Source: Haliotis rubra (Eukaryota). Taken from it: a stretch of 64,000 nucleotides of DNA. Positions 25,101-39,599 of the stretch are shown piece after piece. Location: the NCBI RefSeq assembly GCF_003918875.1, contig NW_025767291.1, positions 434,001 to 498,000 of the forward strand, given 5' to 3'. Made by a program: the position numbers and the translations under genes. Numbering within the stretch: position 1 is the first letter of the stretch; each line of letters opens with the position of its first letter. The notes beneath the pieces were generated by a model that was given only the letters and a program-made list of their open reading frames with translations, was not told where the DNA came from and did no database searches.

Positions 25101-26627
25101 ATCATAACAGGACATCATGTTATCATCCCTGCTGCTGAATGCAGGGATGTTAATGATTAGCCTCCCTCGTTACTACCTGGAGGTGTTCAAGTCAACACAG
25201 CTCGGATGCCACACCAGTGTAGGACTTCAGCCATGTGTCTTTAATCCAAGTCCAATAATGACTACTTCAGTCCACACAGAGCAAACCGGTAACGGTCTAA
25301 CTTTTAGAATCTACAGAAACAAATGCTTAAAACTAAGTTTGGATCAGTTTTGGGCCATACAACTCATTCATGCAATTATTCCACAAGCGCTGAAATATTC
25401 AAGCATGAATCCTATCTGTTGAGTCCTGTTCAGACCCCAGGGGGTACACAACCTCACCACGCTTGACCAACGTCCAGGCCATGAGAAGCCTGATCCATAT
25501 TGGTCATCCCTCCATTAAATCTGTTGGATAAACAAACATACCCCCTATCAGACTCTATCAACCGAGCTGTTTGTCTTGCCCAGGGCGGGAACAGTTAGTA
25601 TCAAGGATTCATACTGGGATAGTTTAGTTCACTTACATCATCAGCGTTCTGCTCCATTACCGAGGATTAAACAAGCAAATGGTTATCACACCACAAATAC
25701 AATGCTCAATAATGAGGTGACCTTGCAGTGGTCTATGGAGAGCCATGACATCATGACAATGAAGTGTGCATGAAAAGCAGGTCCTTACCACCGTACTCAC
25801 TACTCCTGAGGTATTTAAATCTAAGCAAAGCCTCAATCTTTATGTTCTTTCAAGGCAAGGATACACATGGTCACTGGTCATTTAGGCTGAGACTAGCAAG
25901 TCTACTGGAAGGGAGTCTTCTTTAAAATTCAGTCATTCCACATAGACCCAATGTTTCTAACAACAGTTCAAAAGGGGTCCTTGGCATCCCCGATTTCCTC
26001 TGATAGTATTTGAATCTAGGCAAACTTTGGGTTCCTCCAAGGCAGGGATGCCCCTGGTTACACGTCCGTTAGGCTGAAACTGGTGGGACAAGTTGTTTTC
26101 TTCAAAAATCTAATTATTCCACACAAACCCAAAGTTTAGTTCTCTGATTGCATTGTAATAGAAATAGTTATCTAACTGCATCGTTTTTATTTCCTGCCTC
26201 TGTAATACACCACATGTAATCAGCTCACCTCCTGGTGAACCCGATCATCATGGAAGCCAAAAACACTCGAAATGAGTCCTCCTGCTGAGCGACATCTTCA
26301 GAAAAACACTGGATATATTCACCACCTCACATATGGCATATTGCCGAGTCTATCATTAAACAAAATACAAACCCTCTCAATTAATTACAAGAATCCTCAC
26401 AGACGACCAAACCAAAGTAATTCCCACCATCCTACTGAATGCATTTACTTCAAACAAACCTTGCATCATTATCAACAAAGCATCTTCACTGTGTGTGATA
26501 GCAACGCCATCTCAGCTCATCAGCTTGACATGCAGCGTACCATTATACATTATTGTTCACCAACAATAAACAGTTTTCAGGTAGTCAGTTTATCTTTCAC
26601 CATCAGCAGGCTGGCACTCAAGTCTCT

Positions 26628-28196
26628 GTGCTGCTATGATGGTGGTACCACGTGCTATGATGGAGGTATCAAGTGATCCTATGATGGTGGTATCACGTGC
26701 TGCTATGATGGTGGTATCAAGTGCTGCTATGATGGTGGTATCACGTGCTATGATGGTGGTATCACGTGCTGCTATGATGGTGGTATCACGTGCTGCTATG
26801 ATGGTGGTATCACGCTGCTATGATGGTGGTATCAAGTGCTGCTATGATGGTGGTATCTGATGATGGTGGTATCACGTGCTGCTATGATGGTGGTATCACG
26901 TGATCCTATGATGGTGGTATCACGTGCTGCTATGATGGTGGTATCACGTGCTGCTATGATGGTGGTATCACGTGCTGCTATGATGGTGGTATCACGTGCT
27001 GCTCCTATGATGGTGGTATCACGTGCATCCTATGATGGTGGTATCACGTGCTGCTATGATGGTGGTATCACGTGCTGCTATGATGGTGGTATCAAGTGCG
27101 CTATGATGGTGGTATCCGTGATCTGCTATGATGGTGGTATCGCGTGCTGCTATGATGGTGGTATCAATGCGGCTGCTATGATGGTGGTATCCGCGTGCTG
27201 ATGATGGTATCACGTCCTATGATGGTGGTATCACGCGCTGCTGCTATGATGGTGGTATCACGTGCTATGATGGTGGTATCCGTGCTGGTGGTATCACGCA
27301 TGATGGTGGTATCAATGCGCGTGCTCCTATGATGGTGGTATCACGCGGCTCTATGATGGTGGTATCACGTGCTGCTATGATGGTGGTATCAATGCGCTGC
27401 TATGATGGTGGTATCATGCTCCTATGATGGTGGTATCACGTGCTATGATGGTGGTATCGCGTTAACTCCCATGATGGTGGTATCAATGCGGTCCTATGAT
27501 GGTGGTATCAATGCGGCTATGATGGTGGTATCACGCGTGCTGCTATGATGGTGGTATCACGCGCTGCTATGATGGTGGTATCAATGCGTGCTCTATCACG
27601 CGATGATGGTGGTATCAATGCGTGCTGCTATGATGGTGGTACCTGCTATGATGGTGGTATCGGTGGTATGATGGTGGTATCAATGCGTGCTGCTATGATG
27701 GTGGTATCATGCGTGCTGCTATGATGGTGGTATCACGTGATGGTGGTATATGATGGTGGTATATCAATGCGTATGCTATGATGGGTGGTATCAATGGTGG
27801 TATCGCGCTGCTATGATGGTGGTATCACGTGCTGCTATGATGGTGGTATCACGCGCTGCTGATGATGGTGGTATGATGGTGGTATCACGTGTTCTATGCT
27901 GCTATGATGGTGGTATCACGTGCTGCTATGATGGTGGTATCACGTGCTATGATGGTGGTATCAATGCTATGATGGTGGTATCAATGCGTGCTATGATGGT
28001 GGTATCATATGATGGTGGTATCACGCGCTGCTATGATGGTGGTATCACGTGCTGCTATGATGGTGGTATCGCGTCATGATGGTGGTATCGCGTGCTGCTA
28101 TGATGGTGGTATCATGGTGCTGCTATGATGGTGGTATCAATGCGCTGCTATGATGGTGGTATCACGCGTGCTGCTATGATGGCGGATCATGATGGT
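26628..28196. repeat. 24-bp minisatellite
   Basis: GCTATGATGGTGGTATCACGTGCT. Confidence 0.95.
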
Positions 28197-29604
28197 GAGC
28201 ATATGGCTATAACTATCACCCCCCCAGCAAATCAGCCATGATTTGACTGCCCACTGGCTCAAAAGAATCCAATTTGCCGCCTGTTAGAACAAGCTGCTTA
28301 AAAACAATGAGAGCAATGATGGGAATTTATTCCTGTTGTGACCTCAAGCCGACCCAGTGAATGATTGCCGAGTTACCTGTGTTCAGATATAGTAAACTGC
28401 CTTCAAATCATAGAGTGTCTATTGATATGAATTTAGTGACTTTCTGATCAGCAGTCCTGATGGTTAAGGATCTCAGATGCCATCAAACTTGCAGTTTTAA
28501 CAGTTTCAAAACGTGATCTCTTAGGAATAGGTATGGCAGGGTAAACTTCCTGAGATTTTATACTTTGCAAACAGATGGTCTGATCTCTGGTGATTTCAAA
28601 ATGCAAGAAAACTGCCATAAGTCTATGTCAAGGTTTGGGAGTTACAATCTTTCTAGCGTGAAGATCTAGCAATCTGACTGAACGAAAACCAAATGACCCA
28701 CCACTGAAACACAATAAAAACAGTACATTTGTAGGCAATGACCTTAAAAATCCAACATTCAGAAAAAGAGTACAATCTGCATGAGGAGGGGTTTTTTTCT
28801 TTTCAAAATACAACCATAAACCTGAACCGATGTTGCCCATTTTCCAATTCATATTGCTAATACACACCAAAATCAGGCCAACATTATTTATTTTCCATCA
28901 ACTGACAATCAATCAAATTAACCCACGATTATAAAAAATCCTGCTCAGTGCAATTTAAGTATTTTTTAAACTACAGGTAAAGTTCTTCATATTATAAACC
29001 ATTAACAAAAAACACTTGACAAAAATCAAATCACAAGCTCTGATTTTAGCATTAGAATTGTCAAAGGACTTTGTCAAACCCTAAATGTCAAAGGAAATAT
29101 TTCAATCCCAAAAATTTAAGACTGAACAAAGCTCCTAGATCCAAGAATGTCTTTTAATTTTGAACACAGTGTTAGGTTTGGACAGTAGAATAAATGCAAG
29201 AATGTCTAATCTCTACTTGATTTGTGAAAACTGTGAAGTAATCATGTGTGCTGGCGTGGGCTACAAGGGGGACACTGATTATCTGCCTTTCTGGGGCATT
29301 ATAGTCCTTCAGTTCTCAAGTCTGGCCATTTGTTCGTCATTAATGAGGGACTTGCTCCAAGGCACACATCTATCTGTCTCTGTGAATGCGACTTGATTAG
29401 TGATTGTGGTGTCCACCAATGTCTGCTAATGATCAAAAGCATGCAAGCTCGTCTCACAACAAAAACATACATCACACAGATCCACGATTTATTTTAAAGG
29501 TCAATCTGCAGCTCCCAACTCAAGTAATAACAAGTATAATTCATGCTGTTAACTTGTATTTACCCCGACAGCAGGACCAGGTTTTAATGTTTCACTATCA
29601 CATT

Positions 29605-30666
29605 GGGGGCGGTGAGGTAGCCTAGTGGTTAAAGTGTTCGCTCGTCACGCTGAAGACTCAGGTTCGATACCCCACATGGATGGAATGTGTGAACCCCATT
29701 TCTGGTGTCCCCAAACTTAAGTCTGATATTGGTGGGATATTGCTGAAAATGCATTCCACAGAATGAACTGAAATTGGTATTAAACTCAAATTATAGAAGA
29801 CAATTTGAGTTTGGTGGATATTGGTGGGGGCATTTATATTTTAAAAATGCAGTTGAGTTATATTGCTGTTTCCCCCCCACCGTGATATTGGTGGGATATT
29901 GCTGTTTGAGATTTGAGTAAAAACTTAAGTTTGTTTCAGAAATCCAGGCCTGGTGTCCCCACATATTGGTGATATTGGTGGTGTCCCCATATTGCTGGAT
30001 ATTGCTGAAAGCGGTGTCCCCGGCGATATTGGTGGGATATTGCTGAAAGCTGTCCCCACCGTGATATTGGTGGGATATTGCTGAAAGCGGTGTCCCCGAT
30101 ATTGTGATATTGGTGGTGCGATATTGCTGAATATTGCGGCGTCCCCGGTGTCCCCCGTGATATTGGTGGGATATTGCTGGCGGTGTCCCCAGGCGTGATA
30201 TTGGTGGGATATTGCTGAAAGCGGTGTCCCCCACCGTGATATTGGTGGGATATTGCTGAAAGCGGTGTCCCCCACCGTGATATTGGTGGGATATTGCTGA
30301 AAGCGGCGTCCCCCACCGTGATATTGGTGGGATATTGCTGAAAGCGGTGTCCCCCACCGTGATATTGGTGGGATATTGCTGAAAGCGGTGTCCCCATTGC
30401 GTGATATTGGTGGGATATTGCTGAAATATTGCTGAAAGCGTCCCCCCGGTGATATTGGTGGGATATTGCTGAAAGCGATATTGCTGAAAGCGTGTCCCCA
30501 CCGATATTGGTGGGATATTGGTGGGATATTGCTGAAAGCGGTGTCCCCCACCGTGATATTGGTGGGATATTGCTGAAAGCGGTGTCCCCCACCGTGATAT
30601 TGGTGGGATATTGCTGAAAGCGGCCCCACCGTGATATTGGTGGGAATCTGACTCAGACTCACTCAC
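29605..30666 (+). mobile_element. SINE-A copy expanded by an internal 41-bp tandem array
   Basis: Intact tRNA-like head at 29605-29712 and (ACTC)n tail at about 30650-30666, with the array between them. Confidence 0.88.
29870..30645. repeat. 41-bp SINE-derived minisatellite
   Basis: GGTGTCCCCCACCGTGATATTGGTGGGATATTGCTGAAAGC. Confidence 0.93.
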
Positions 30667-31149
30667 TATAACACTGAATTAATATTTAATTTCAATGTAA
30701 AAGACTCTTAAACATGAGAAGAATATTAACTTTAACAAATTTCAATTCTGAACAACTTAACTTTTATTTTCCCCCAATTTTTCTGCTAACGAGACTAATC
30801 CTACATATATCCCTACATATACTCTCTCATTCAGGCTACTAAATATTTCTCGAGACATTACAAAAAGGGACTAGAATCAAGTTTTAATTAAATTGGAGTC
30901 TTCCATCGGGACGATAAAAAATTCCACAAGGAAGTCTTTTCATTGAAAGCGAGCAGAGTATGGAGGAAACACAGCCTCCCAGACAACCTTTTGTTCCGAG
31001 CTGGCCTAGAACAGTCAGGCTAGCACACCCTGGCTACACAGAGACTGCTGCGCTATTGATTGTTACACAAGTCTCATCTCCTCAGTGGAACTCTCTCTCG
31101 AATTTCTGTGAGATCACCAGGCTAAGAAATCACCACAATTTTTCTCAAC

Positions 31150-31330
31150 CACGTGAAGATCCGGGTTGGAATTGGTCTTCAGCAGCTCATGCTTGTCACG
31201 TAGTGACTAATGGGATCGAGCGGCAGGCCTGCTGAGTTGGTTGACGCAGGCCTTTGTTCCCCGTAGAGTGGAGATGGAAGCTCATGCCATCAGTCATTGG
31301 AATATCTGGTCCAGATTGGATTTACCATTA
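31150..31330 (+). mobile_element. SINE-B, decayed
   Basis: CGTGAAGATCCGGGTTGGAATTGGTCTTCAGC...TCTGGTCCAGA. Confidence 0.75.
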
Positions 31331-31417
31331 TTTACCGATAGTTACTGTAGTGCTGGAGTGATGTAACTGCAAGGTTCAACATGAACACAAGTTGTTAAAC
31401 ATTTTTGGCAAATCCTT

Positions 31418-31589
31418 GACTGACTGACTGACTGAGTTTAGTTTTACACCGCTTTTAGCAATATTCCAGCAATATCACTGTGGGGGACACCAGAAATGGG
31501 CTTCACACATTGTGCCCATGTGGGGAATCGAACCTGGGTCTTCGGCGTGACGAGCCAACGCTTTAACCACTAGGCTACCCCACCGGCCC
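31418..31589 (-). mobile_element. SINE-A, (CAGT)n tail
   Basis: Perfect TSD GGCAAATCCTTGACTG. Confidence 0.93.
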
Positions 31590-32727
31590 GGCAAATCCTT
31601 GACTGTTGAGTGGCTTCTGTAGGGCTAGAGCATCAGTTATTTAAATCTATTCCACCCAATACCTTACATCCATATTATTCATAAAATGCCAAAATCTATA
31701 AGTACAGGTTTTCTGTTTCAGTTCCAGCTACAATACGACACTGTACACCGACATGTTGAAAAAAACCCATGAAAAACAGCTTTCACTGTACTCCCCACTG
31801 GACTGGAAACATTAATATAACCAAGGGAAAGCAAATACCTTTCATTCAAAGAGTGTTCGATTGTCATTGAAAATACAATTTTTCACTTTAAATGCTTTAA
31901 TTTCCATTGCAAATCATTCAGCATTTTTTTTACATTTGTCCCATTTATTCATTTTTTTCTAATAATGTACTCTCCACCCGTACAGCTAACAATCTGTGTG
32001 TAATTTTGTCGTTGTTCTCGCCATTACAATGTTCACCATATAATCTGTGTTTAAATACACAAGTTCTTCCAAACTCTAGAAACAAACAAAATGCAGTCAT
32101 TTCCTTGAAACTTATTGAAATCGATCAACATGAGGAAGTTATCGAAACCCATAAATTACACAAATACCAACAATTTCATCCTGTTCGAACCAAATCAGCA
32201 TTGAACATTGCCACAAAATGTCACTCCTCAGCAACACGCCACACCAGATTCAGGGAAAGATAGTTCGATGAGGCTCGACATTCTGTAATTGCTACTAGTT
32301 AGAACTCATCCCGATTATCATCCATTAAGTATAATTAGCCTTTTCCTATGTCCCGTGCCGACTTCTGACAACAATCTATCTAGGTATGTACGCTATGTGC
32401 TGCGTCTGCTGATAGGGAATACGGTCATTATACCGCAGCTAGAAAATACCACCAGTTTATGACACCAAGCAAACATTTACTGAGTAATTTACTTGAGTGT
32501 TAACTAGATAAAACATTATCTAAAGTTTGGACAACTATCGTTAAGAGCAAAGTGATGCTGAAGCAGTTTGGTGAAGCAGTTTGTGTAATTGCTTTCAGCT
32601 GAATTTCAGCTGGGAGACAAATAGCATTAGGGAATTGTTCATAATACTTGTTCATAAACTATCAACTTGAGACAGGACACTCTTCTATATTATTTCCAAG
32701 TACGACATGTTTTAGGACAATCATTCA

Positions 32728-33075
32728 TAGGGCTGGGACGATTCACTGATACATCACGATACATTTAAGTTTGATACAGCTATCGTATCGTCGACTGGTG
32801 TATCGATACAAAACGATACATGACTTTTTTCAAAACAGTATTATCTTAAACATGATAAAGTACTTATTTAGAGAAAAATATGCAAGTATGATAGAGTTAC
32901 TTGTTTGTTTATTACAATAGTGTTATTGTTAAACACAAATACCTTGAAATAAATCATTTTAAATCTTGATACTTTGTCATTCTTTCAAGGTGTATGTATC
33001 GTGATACGTATCGTATCGCAGGTAAAATATCGCGATATGTATCGTATCGTGACATAGTGTATCGTCCCAGCCCTA
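32728..33075. mobile_element. hAT-type MITE with GATAC/GTATC subterminal repeats
   Basis: TIR TAGGGCTGGGACGAT / ATCGTCCCAGCCCTA; imperfect TSD around TCATTCA. Confidence 0.85.
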
Positions 33076-33125
33076 GATTCATTCAATATTCACGAAAACC
33101 AACAGATGTGAAACCTTTCCTGGTA

Positions 33126-33294
33126 ACTGACTGACTGAGTTTTGGTTTTACGCCGCTTTTAGCAATATTCCAGCTACATCACGCAGGGGGAACACCAGAA
33201 ATGGGCTTCACACATTGTACCCATGTGGGGATTCGAACCCGGGTCTTCGGCGTGACGAGCCAACGCTTTAACCACTAGGCTACCCCACCGCCCC
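33126..33294 (-). mobile_element. SINE-A, (CAGT)n tail
   Basis: TSD TCCTGGTAACT; near-consensus copy. Confidence 0.93.
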
Positions 33295-36200
33295 TCCTGG
33301 TAACTAGTGAGTGAATGAGTTATTAAGTTTAGTTTGACCCTGCTTTCAGCAATATTCCAGCAATATCACCAGCTGCTTTGAAGTAGACTTTAGTAATTTT
33401 GTCACCACTGTGATAGAGAAATTTGAAAAGGTGACAAGTTAATCAAGTTGACTCTGGGTATGAAACTAATTCTGGGTAGAAAACGAAAAATAGTGACTGA
33501 TCGTTGCATGGCAACGCTAAGGGATTCCTACTGTCGGGGTTTCCTTATGTGTCATATCGTCATTTCCTTAAAGAAACTTAACAACAAGTATTTATCCGAA
33601 ATAGATTTCCATTTGCATGATATGCACGAAATTAAATGCTAACGTTTGAAGATATTTATGTGCGCATACACCGAATCAATCATCAAATCTTATATTATGT
33701 CCCAAGTTAATTGATTTTGAGGGGTACATTACGCCTGTACGCCCCTTATCTGTAGCCCTGCTTAGTAATGCCATGCCACTGTGATGAGAAATGACCAAAG
33801 GTACAACTTATCGGGGCTAACAAACCTTCTAACTTAATCATGTTGACTCTGGGTATGAAACTACTTAAAGGACCATCACACTATGCCTTGAAGAAACGAG
33901 ACACTTGCAAGTTGTTTCCAATGACCAGCAAGAACATATCAAAGACAGAATTTGAAAATTTCAAAGGTCTGTATTCTCCGACAAATGATACAGTTATACA
34001 CAAAACCAGGCTGGAATAAGATCTGTCACTCAGCATGGCTATGAAGATATGAGTTTGGGCACGATTCCAGGAACTAGAAAACCTGCAATTTGGTGTCAAT
34101 TTTCCCAGTAAAATGGAATGTTTTTACCTATAGAAGCTTGAATTCTACAGAAGTCAGCAAACAGGGTCAAAAGGCCTACTGGTATGTGAGATAAGACCCC
34201 TTTGTCCTACAGACTTTATTGTGACTGGTCAATATGTTTAGTTAGTATTGCTTGAACAAAACAAAATGTTTATTATTTTCATAATTTATCTGTCAGTGTT
34301 ATTCATTATCAATTTGTTACAAAAATGAATAGCTGAGCACTCATTCAAAATTATACCTCACAAATGCTTCTAGCCAGTGAGGATTACTATCATTTGATTT
34401 TTACTTGCCTTCTTCAAAAATTAGTAGCCTCTGACTAGCAGTCAAGCATGAATTTTGAAGTCTTTCATGTAGCAATTGGTTGTATCTGATGCATGAAGAC
34501 AACCTGTGCTTGATGTAAAAACGGTATTTCATGTATCTGGAACAGTTTTAACAAGAAGACCTAGTTAAGTCTCAGACATGAACCATGTGTTTGCATTCAC
34601 CAACGAATGTACAACAGCATCATCTGTGACGGCTGCCACACGACCGGCATCACTCCTCCGTCCATGGAAACAGACAACACAGTCTACGACAAATGTACAA
34701 CAGCATCAGCTGCGAAGGCGCGCCACGTGACCGGCATCACTCCTCCTTCAGTGGAAACAGACAACACGATCTACCTTCTGTTTCCTGTGTAAGTGGAGAC
34801 GGTGCTTGTGCGAGGGACATGCACCAGCATGGCGGAACTAATGCAGGGGCACACTACGGGGCACTGACACGTGCCAGACTACATATTTTCTCAATGTCTA
34901 GCACAGCTGATTTCACTGTAGTGAAATCCTTCATGGCGGTCGGAATGAGGAACTTCGCTGAAGTTACCTCTCTTACTGTAACAGCTGAGGAATTTCATGA
35001 GAAAGTGTAACTTGCGCGCTAAGCCAATGAATGAAATTACAACCGATATTTTTCACAGATGCACTGTTTAGGCTGCTTTCATTTTGGTCTGTCATCAAAT
35101 GTGAAAAGGATTTTTTTTAATTCTTGAACACATATCATGCCATCTGTCACATTATAATCACTGGAGTTGAAATGGAAAATAATTTACTTTTTGTAAAAAA
35201 AATAAACTAATGACAATTCAGCATGGTAAACATGTGTTAGGACAGTGCTCGTATCAACATGCACTGGCACCAATCTAGAAGCTGGGAGAACTCAGATAGG
35301 TTGCAACGATATGGGAAGATGTGATTTGATATGTATGTTGATATGGCTGAATTACAACACAGGCCATGAACCGAAATACTTGTGCGTGTAAGATGTGTGA
35401 AAAATGGGTGACATTCTGTTTCTTTCTCATCAGCTTTCACAACCAGCCCAAACAATACGACAGTAGGATGTCATCAGCTTTTCAGGCTTACATTAGTGTT
35501 GGGAATTGGTTAAAATCTCATAATTGATGATTGGTTCATTACAACCGATCAATCATCCAAAAATTGGTTAGTGCCATTAATGAAATTTGTTAATGCACAT
35601 AGAACTAAGGAAAAAACATGTAGTTATTTGGGGTTTCTTTTGCACAATTTGACATCTTTAAAGGATGACTAGTATGTTAGGAACATAAATTTCTTAAAGT
35701 CTTTAAGATAAATTCAATCATGACTTGAAACGAGCTTGGAGTGCTTATGAAATGTAACAGACAAAACCAACCTTGTGAAAAATATTGTTAATGAAAACAA
35801 GTGTTCCAGAATTGTTTGTGTTCGATTATGAGAAAACATGATCGATTGCTTAGTACTGCACTATGATCACCTTGTGGAAAAGGAAGAGGGTTTTCCTCCA
35901 AAATCTCAATCCAACCACCAGTCTGAAATTACATACTCATTCAGTTGCATAAAACACAACCACCAGTGTACATATTATTCCACATTTAACAAAAAGTGAT
36001 TTTGGAAAAGATACCATCCATGTCCCTATTTCATCATAATGATTTTCAAAAACCTGACATCCTCTGATCAACTATTCACTTACGCCAACTTATCTCAACC
36101 TCACTTCTTGAAATTTTAAGGTTCCTACATTACTAAAATTTTATAATAATGATTTTCAAAAATCCTACATTGCCTCTGATCAACATTTCTGAAAGCATTT

Positions 36201-39200
36201 AAGCCAACTTATCTCACTGCTTGAAACTGTCCTATATTACCGAAATCGATGCCCCATCCTCCTCTTCAATCTGTCAGTATTAACAATAGCACTATGGCAA
36301 GACCCTTGACTTTCCTCCACAAATACAATACTGCTACTGCATACAAAGTTCACACATCTCAGAAAAACTTACATGTTTTGTCTATCAAAATTAACAACAA
36401 TACCGAGATAAAGTCTGCACAGCAAAATACAAATAAAGTCTCTAATTCTGAGCCTAATGCCAGGCAACTTTCTATTTCATATACCTCTTTTCACAATGAG
36501 TATTTTTTGTGAAACACCTTCAGTAACTCAAATTCAAAGTCACACCAGTGGGTGTTTAAGTGTTTTATTTTTTCCTATCAAACTTGAATCAGGGGACCTA
36601 ACCGAGTGCATTGGTCACTGTAGGTTGACACAAGGATATGGTCTCCCGTCCGCCCTGCCTAAATACAAATATTAGCCCAGGATCTCTTACTGCAGTAACA
36701 ACTAACATGTGATGTTATCCACTAAGCCCCTACCACCAGCAGCCGAACCAGGGATGAAGTTGGGATTGAAGATGATTACACCTGGCAACCGTGCCGGTCC
36801 CAGCACCACGGACACTGACATTTCGACCGCAATGTGGAGTTGTATATTTTATGTCTGAACTTTGATAATGACAGGAAAATTGGGATGCTACTTATACGTG
36901 AATATGGTCCAGGCTAAAATCGACTGGCTTGTATTTGTGTGTTAAGTTGACAGTTTCCCCAGGAATGATCTTGTGAGCTGCTGTGGCACAACACAAACAC
37001 CTACGACGTGTGAGAAGTATTGGCTTCGTTTAAAAAATATGCAACATTTGTACAACTATTTATTCCCTGATGAAACTGTGACCACAACTTCCGAATATTC
37101 ATATGAATAAAATAATGTGTGCACTTAAAGAGGTCCATTTCCGATGCACGAGACTCGAAGATAATGACACAATCAATACTCCACAATCGCCAGCCATGAG
37201 GCTTCACACTAAAAAGGCCCATCTAATTTTGTACCAAATTCATCCTCATCCATTTTACACTTATTTTTCAGGGCTGTTATTTGAAGCCAGGATGGCCAGA
37301 AGCAGTCCTACACTTAGCTGATGGTAAAATATCGGCCTGACTGTGTATCTATTCCCAGTAGCTGTGTAGTGGAGGTGATTACCCCTGGTTTACGATTACT
37401 ACTGGAGATGGTAGGACGACTATTCTACTGCGGCCTCCAGTGATGGAGGCTCCACGGGAGGCTGGTGATGTCATGAAGCTGAGGACAATGCTTATTGTCT
37501 GCGTGGACAACTACAAAGCAGTATCAGGTCAATCTACGGCTGGACGACAATGCATGCTGTTCACATGCAGACAGCTTGAACATTTAGTCTTGTCCTTCAT
37601 AGGTTTTGTTTGTAGACAATCAATTTGGTCTTTAGAGCAAGAATGTTGTAGGAATTGATCAATTAAAATTCACCCTAAGATATTTTCTAAAGGACTTGCA
37701 ATACTCTGGTGATTAGATTCACAAATTAGCACATACCTATAAAATATTTTTTCATATTTTATCAAAATTTTGCATCCTGCTGCTAAAATATCTTACAGAA
37801 GAGTATTGTTATATGGTCTAAAACGACAACTCATTAGTAAGAACATATGATATGTTCATAACCACAAAGAGTTCTTGCAGCTTATCAAGAAATGTATCCA
37901 GTCTCACAAAGAGCCTTGTCATAATCGACAGCTGGGAAGCGAGAAATAACAAATTTATCTGGAAATCTTGCTCCAGCAAAAACATGGCAATGCTTTGTCA
38001 TGGGTGATAGCATCAAGGAAACAGTTCCTGTGGCCTTTGAAACCAAGAGACCCTGATGGAATCCTGATAGCACTGGAAGCCCACCGAGCAGAATTATCTA
38101 GAACATGATTTTAACATGAGTATCTGCGTTAGAAGTGAAATGGCTCAAAGACTCACTTGTGCAGGTAATCAGTTAAATAGATTGGCAATTATTCTTTACA
38201 TGGACCAAAACATTCACAAATATAAAAATCTTTATGAACAGGAAGAGCCTTTCTTACATTCTTTGTAAAAAATAATGCCCAAAAGATTTTATCAGTCATA
38301 ATACATAGAAACATTCTGCCCTGGAATTCTTGGAATGAAGTAGACAAATTTTCATAAACCCATGCATGTCCTTAGACCTGCTAAAAATGGAGAGTGATGA
38401 CCAAAATTGAAGATAATTTGACATCAAACACTAAGTTGAAGGAACAATAGTTCTTCTATGAAGAAAATGATTACTAGCTAAAATCCTGATCGAATTATTG
38501 TTGCCTCAAATGAAAGTTTTGTGATTTTTATAAAAAACCACCAGGGCCTAACTCATTCAAACAGAATCAAAGAAAATTCCACGAAAGGCGAAAAAAAAGG
38601 ATCCTATCTTGTTCTGCATATATTCAATTGACAGGCTGGACAATGAAGCCAAATAAATTTGAATATTTTTTACATGATGATAAAATTGCTCTAGAAAATC
38701 TCACCCATGTAAGCCTGATTTCCTAACGATTTACTTGATATATTATTACTCAAAAAGTACTAGATCTACATGCCACATGTCATTTGTGGAACGATTGAAA
38801 CAAAGGCATGAATTCCTAATCAAGAACTATTACTCAGACTCATTGGACCGAATCAATGACCCTTGATCTCGAATTCTAATCCAAGACACTTCGCTGAATT
38901 CATTACCCAATTAACATGAGAGGGCTACTGAAAAACACAAGGCAATTAAAATTAATTGCAATTAAGGCTTGCCAATCACCCCTTCTTGGACCAATTGCTA
39001 ATCTCTGTGGAACACTTCATATTAACAATGCTGAGCAACACTATCGATAAAATACCCGAACGTAAATTCGAAAAAAGTGTCTCAACCATTCACGAAAATC
39101 AACCTACTCGTAAATTCAAAGTTTTGTAAATGTCATGTAAGTAACCGATCCTCCATTGATGAAACATCCTTCAAATGTGTTCACTGAATTTGACCTTAAT

Positions 39201-39599
39201 TTCGAAAACCGTTTTCTTTGGAAAGAAATAAATGATGCAAATTAAAATATTGATGTTCATATACATTAGTCATACATTAACTGGGTAGATACGAAGCGAG
39301 AAGCGGTTGTTCTGCGCTTCAGGCTTCGATGAGTCAGTTCAGACCTCCACTGTCGCTGCTTTGCAGAAGCCTGCTCATAAACATAATAGATCAACATAAT
39401 TGATATTTTTCGCCATTCCGTCAGGAATATTCTTGGACAATACTTCCAATGGTTTATAATCCTTGTTTATGAGGTATAGAAAGTGTAATCCTGTCACGAT
39501 TTTGCAAAAGAAACACAATACACACCAAAAACGTGACAATTTCGCGCGATACCTGGGTATCATCATTTGAATAACGCTGTCATGTCGAAGCTGGGCTTC

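Noticed and set aside
29791-30666. Three overlapping 218-291 aa minus-strand ORFs
   Set aside because: They are translations of the SINE-derived 41-bp array.
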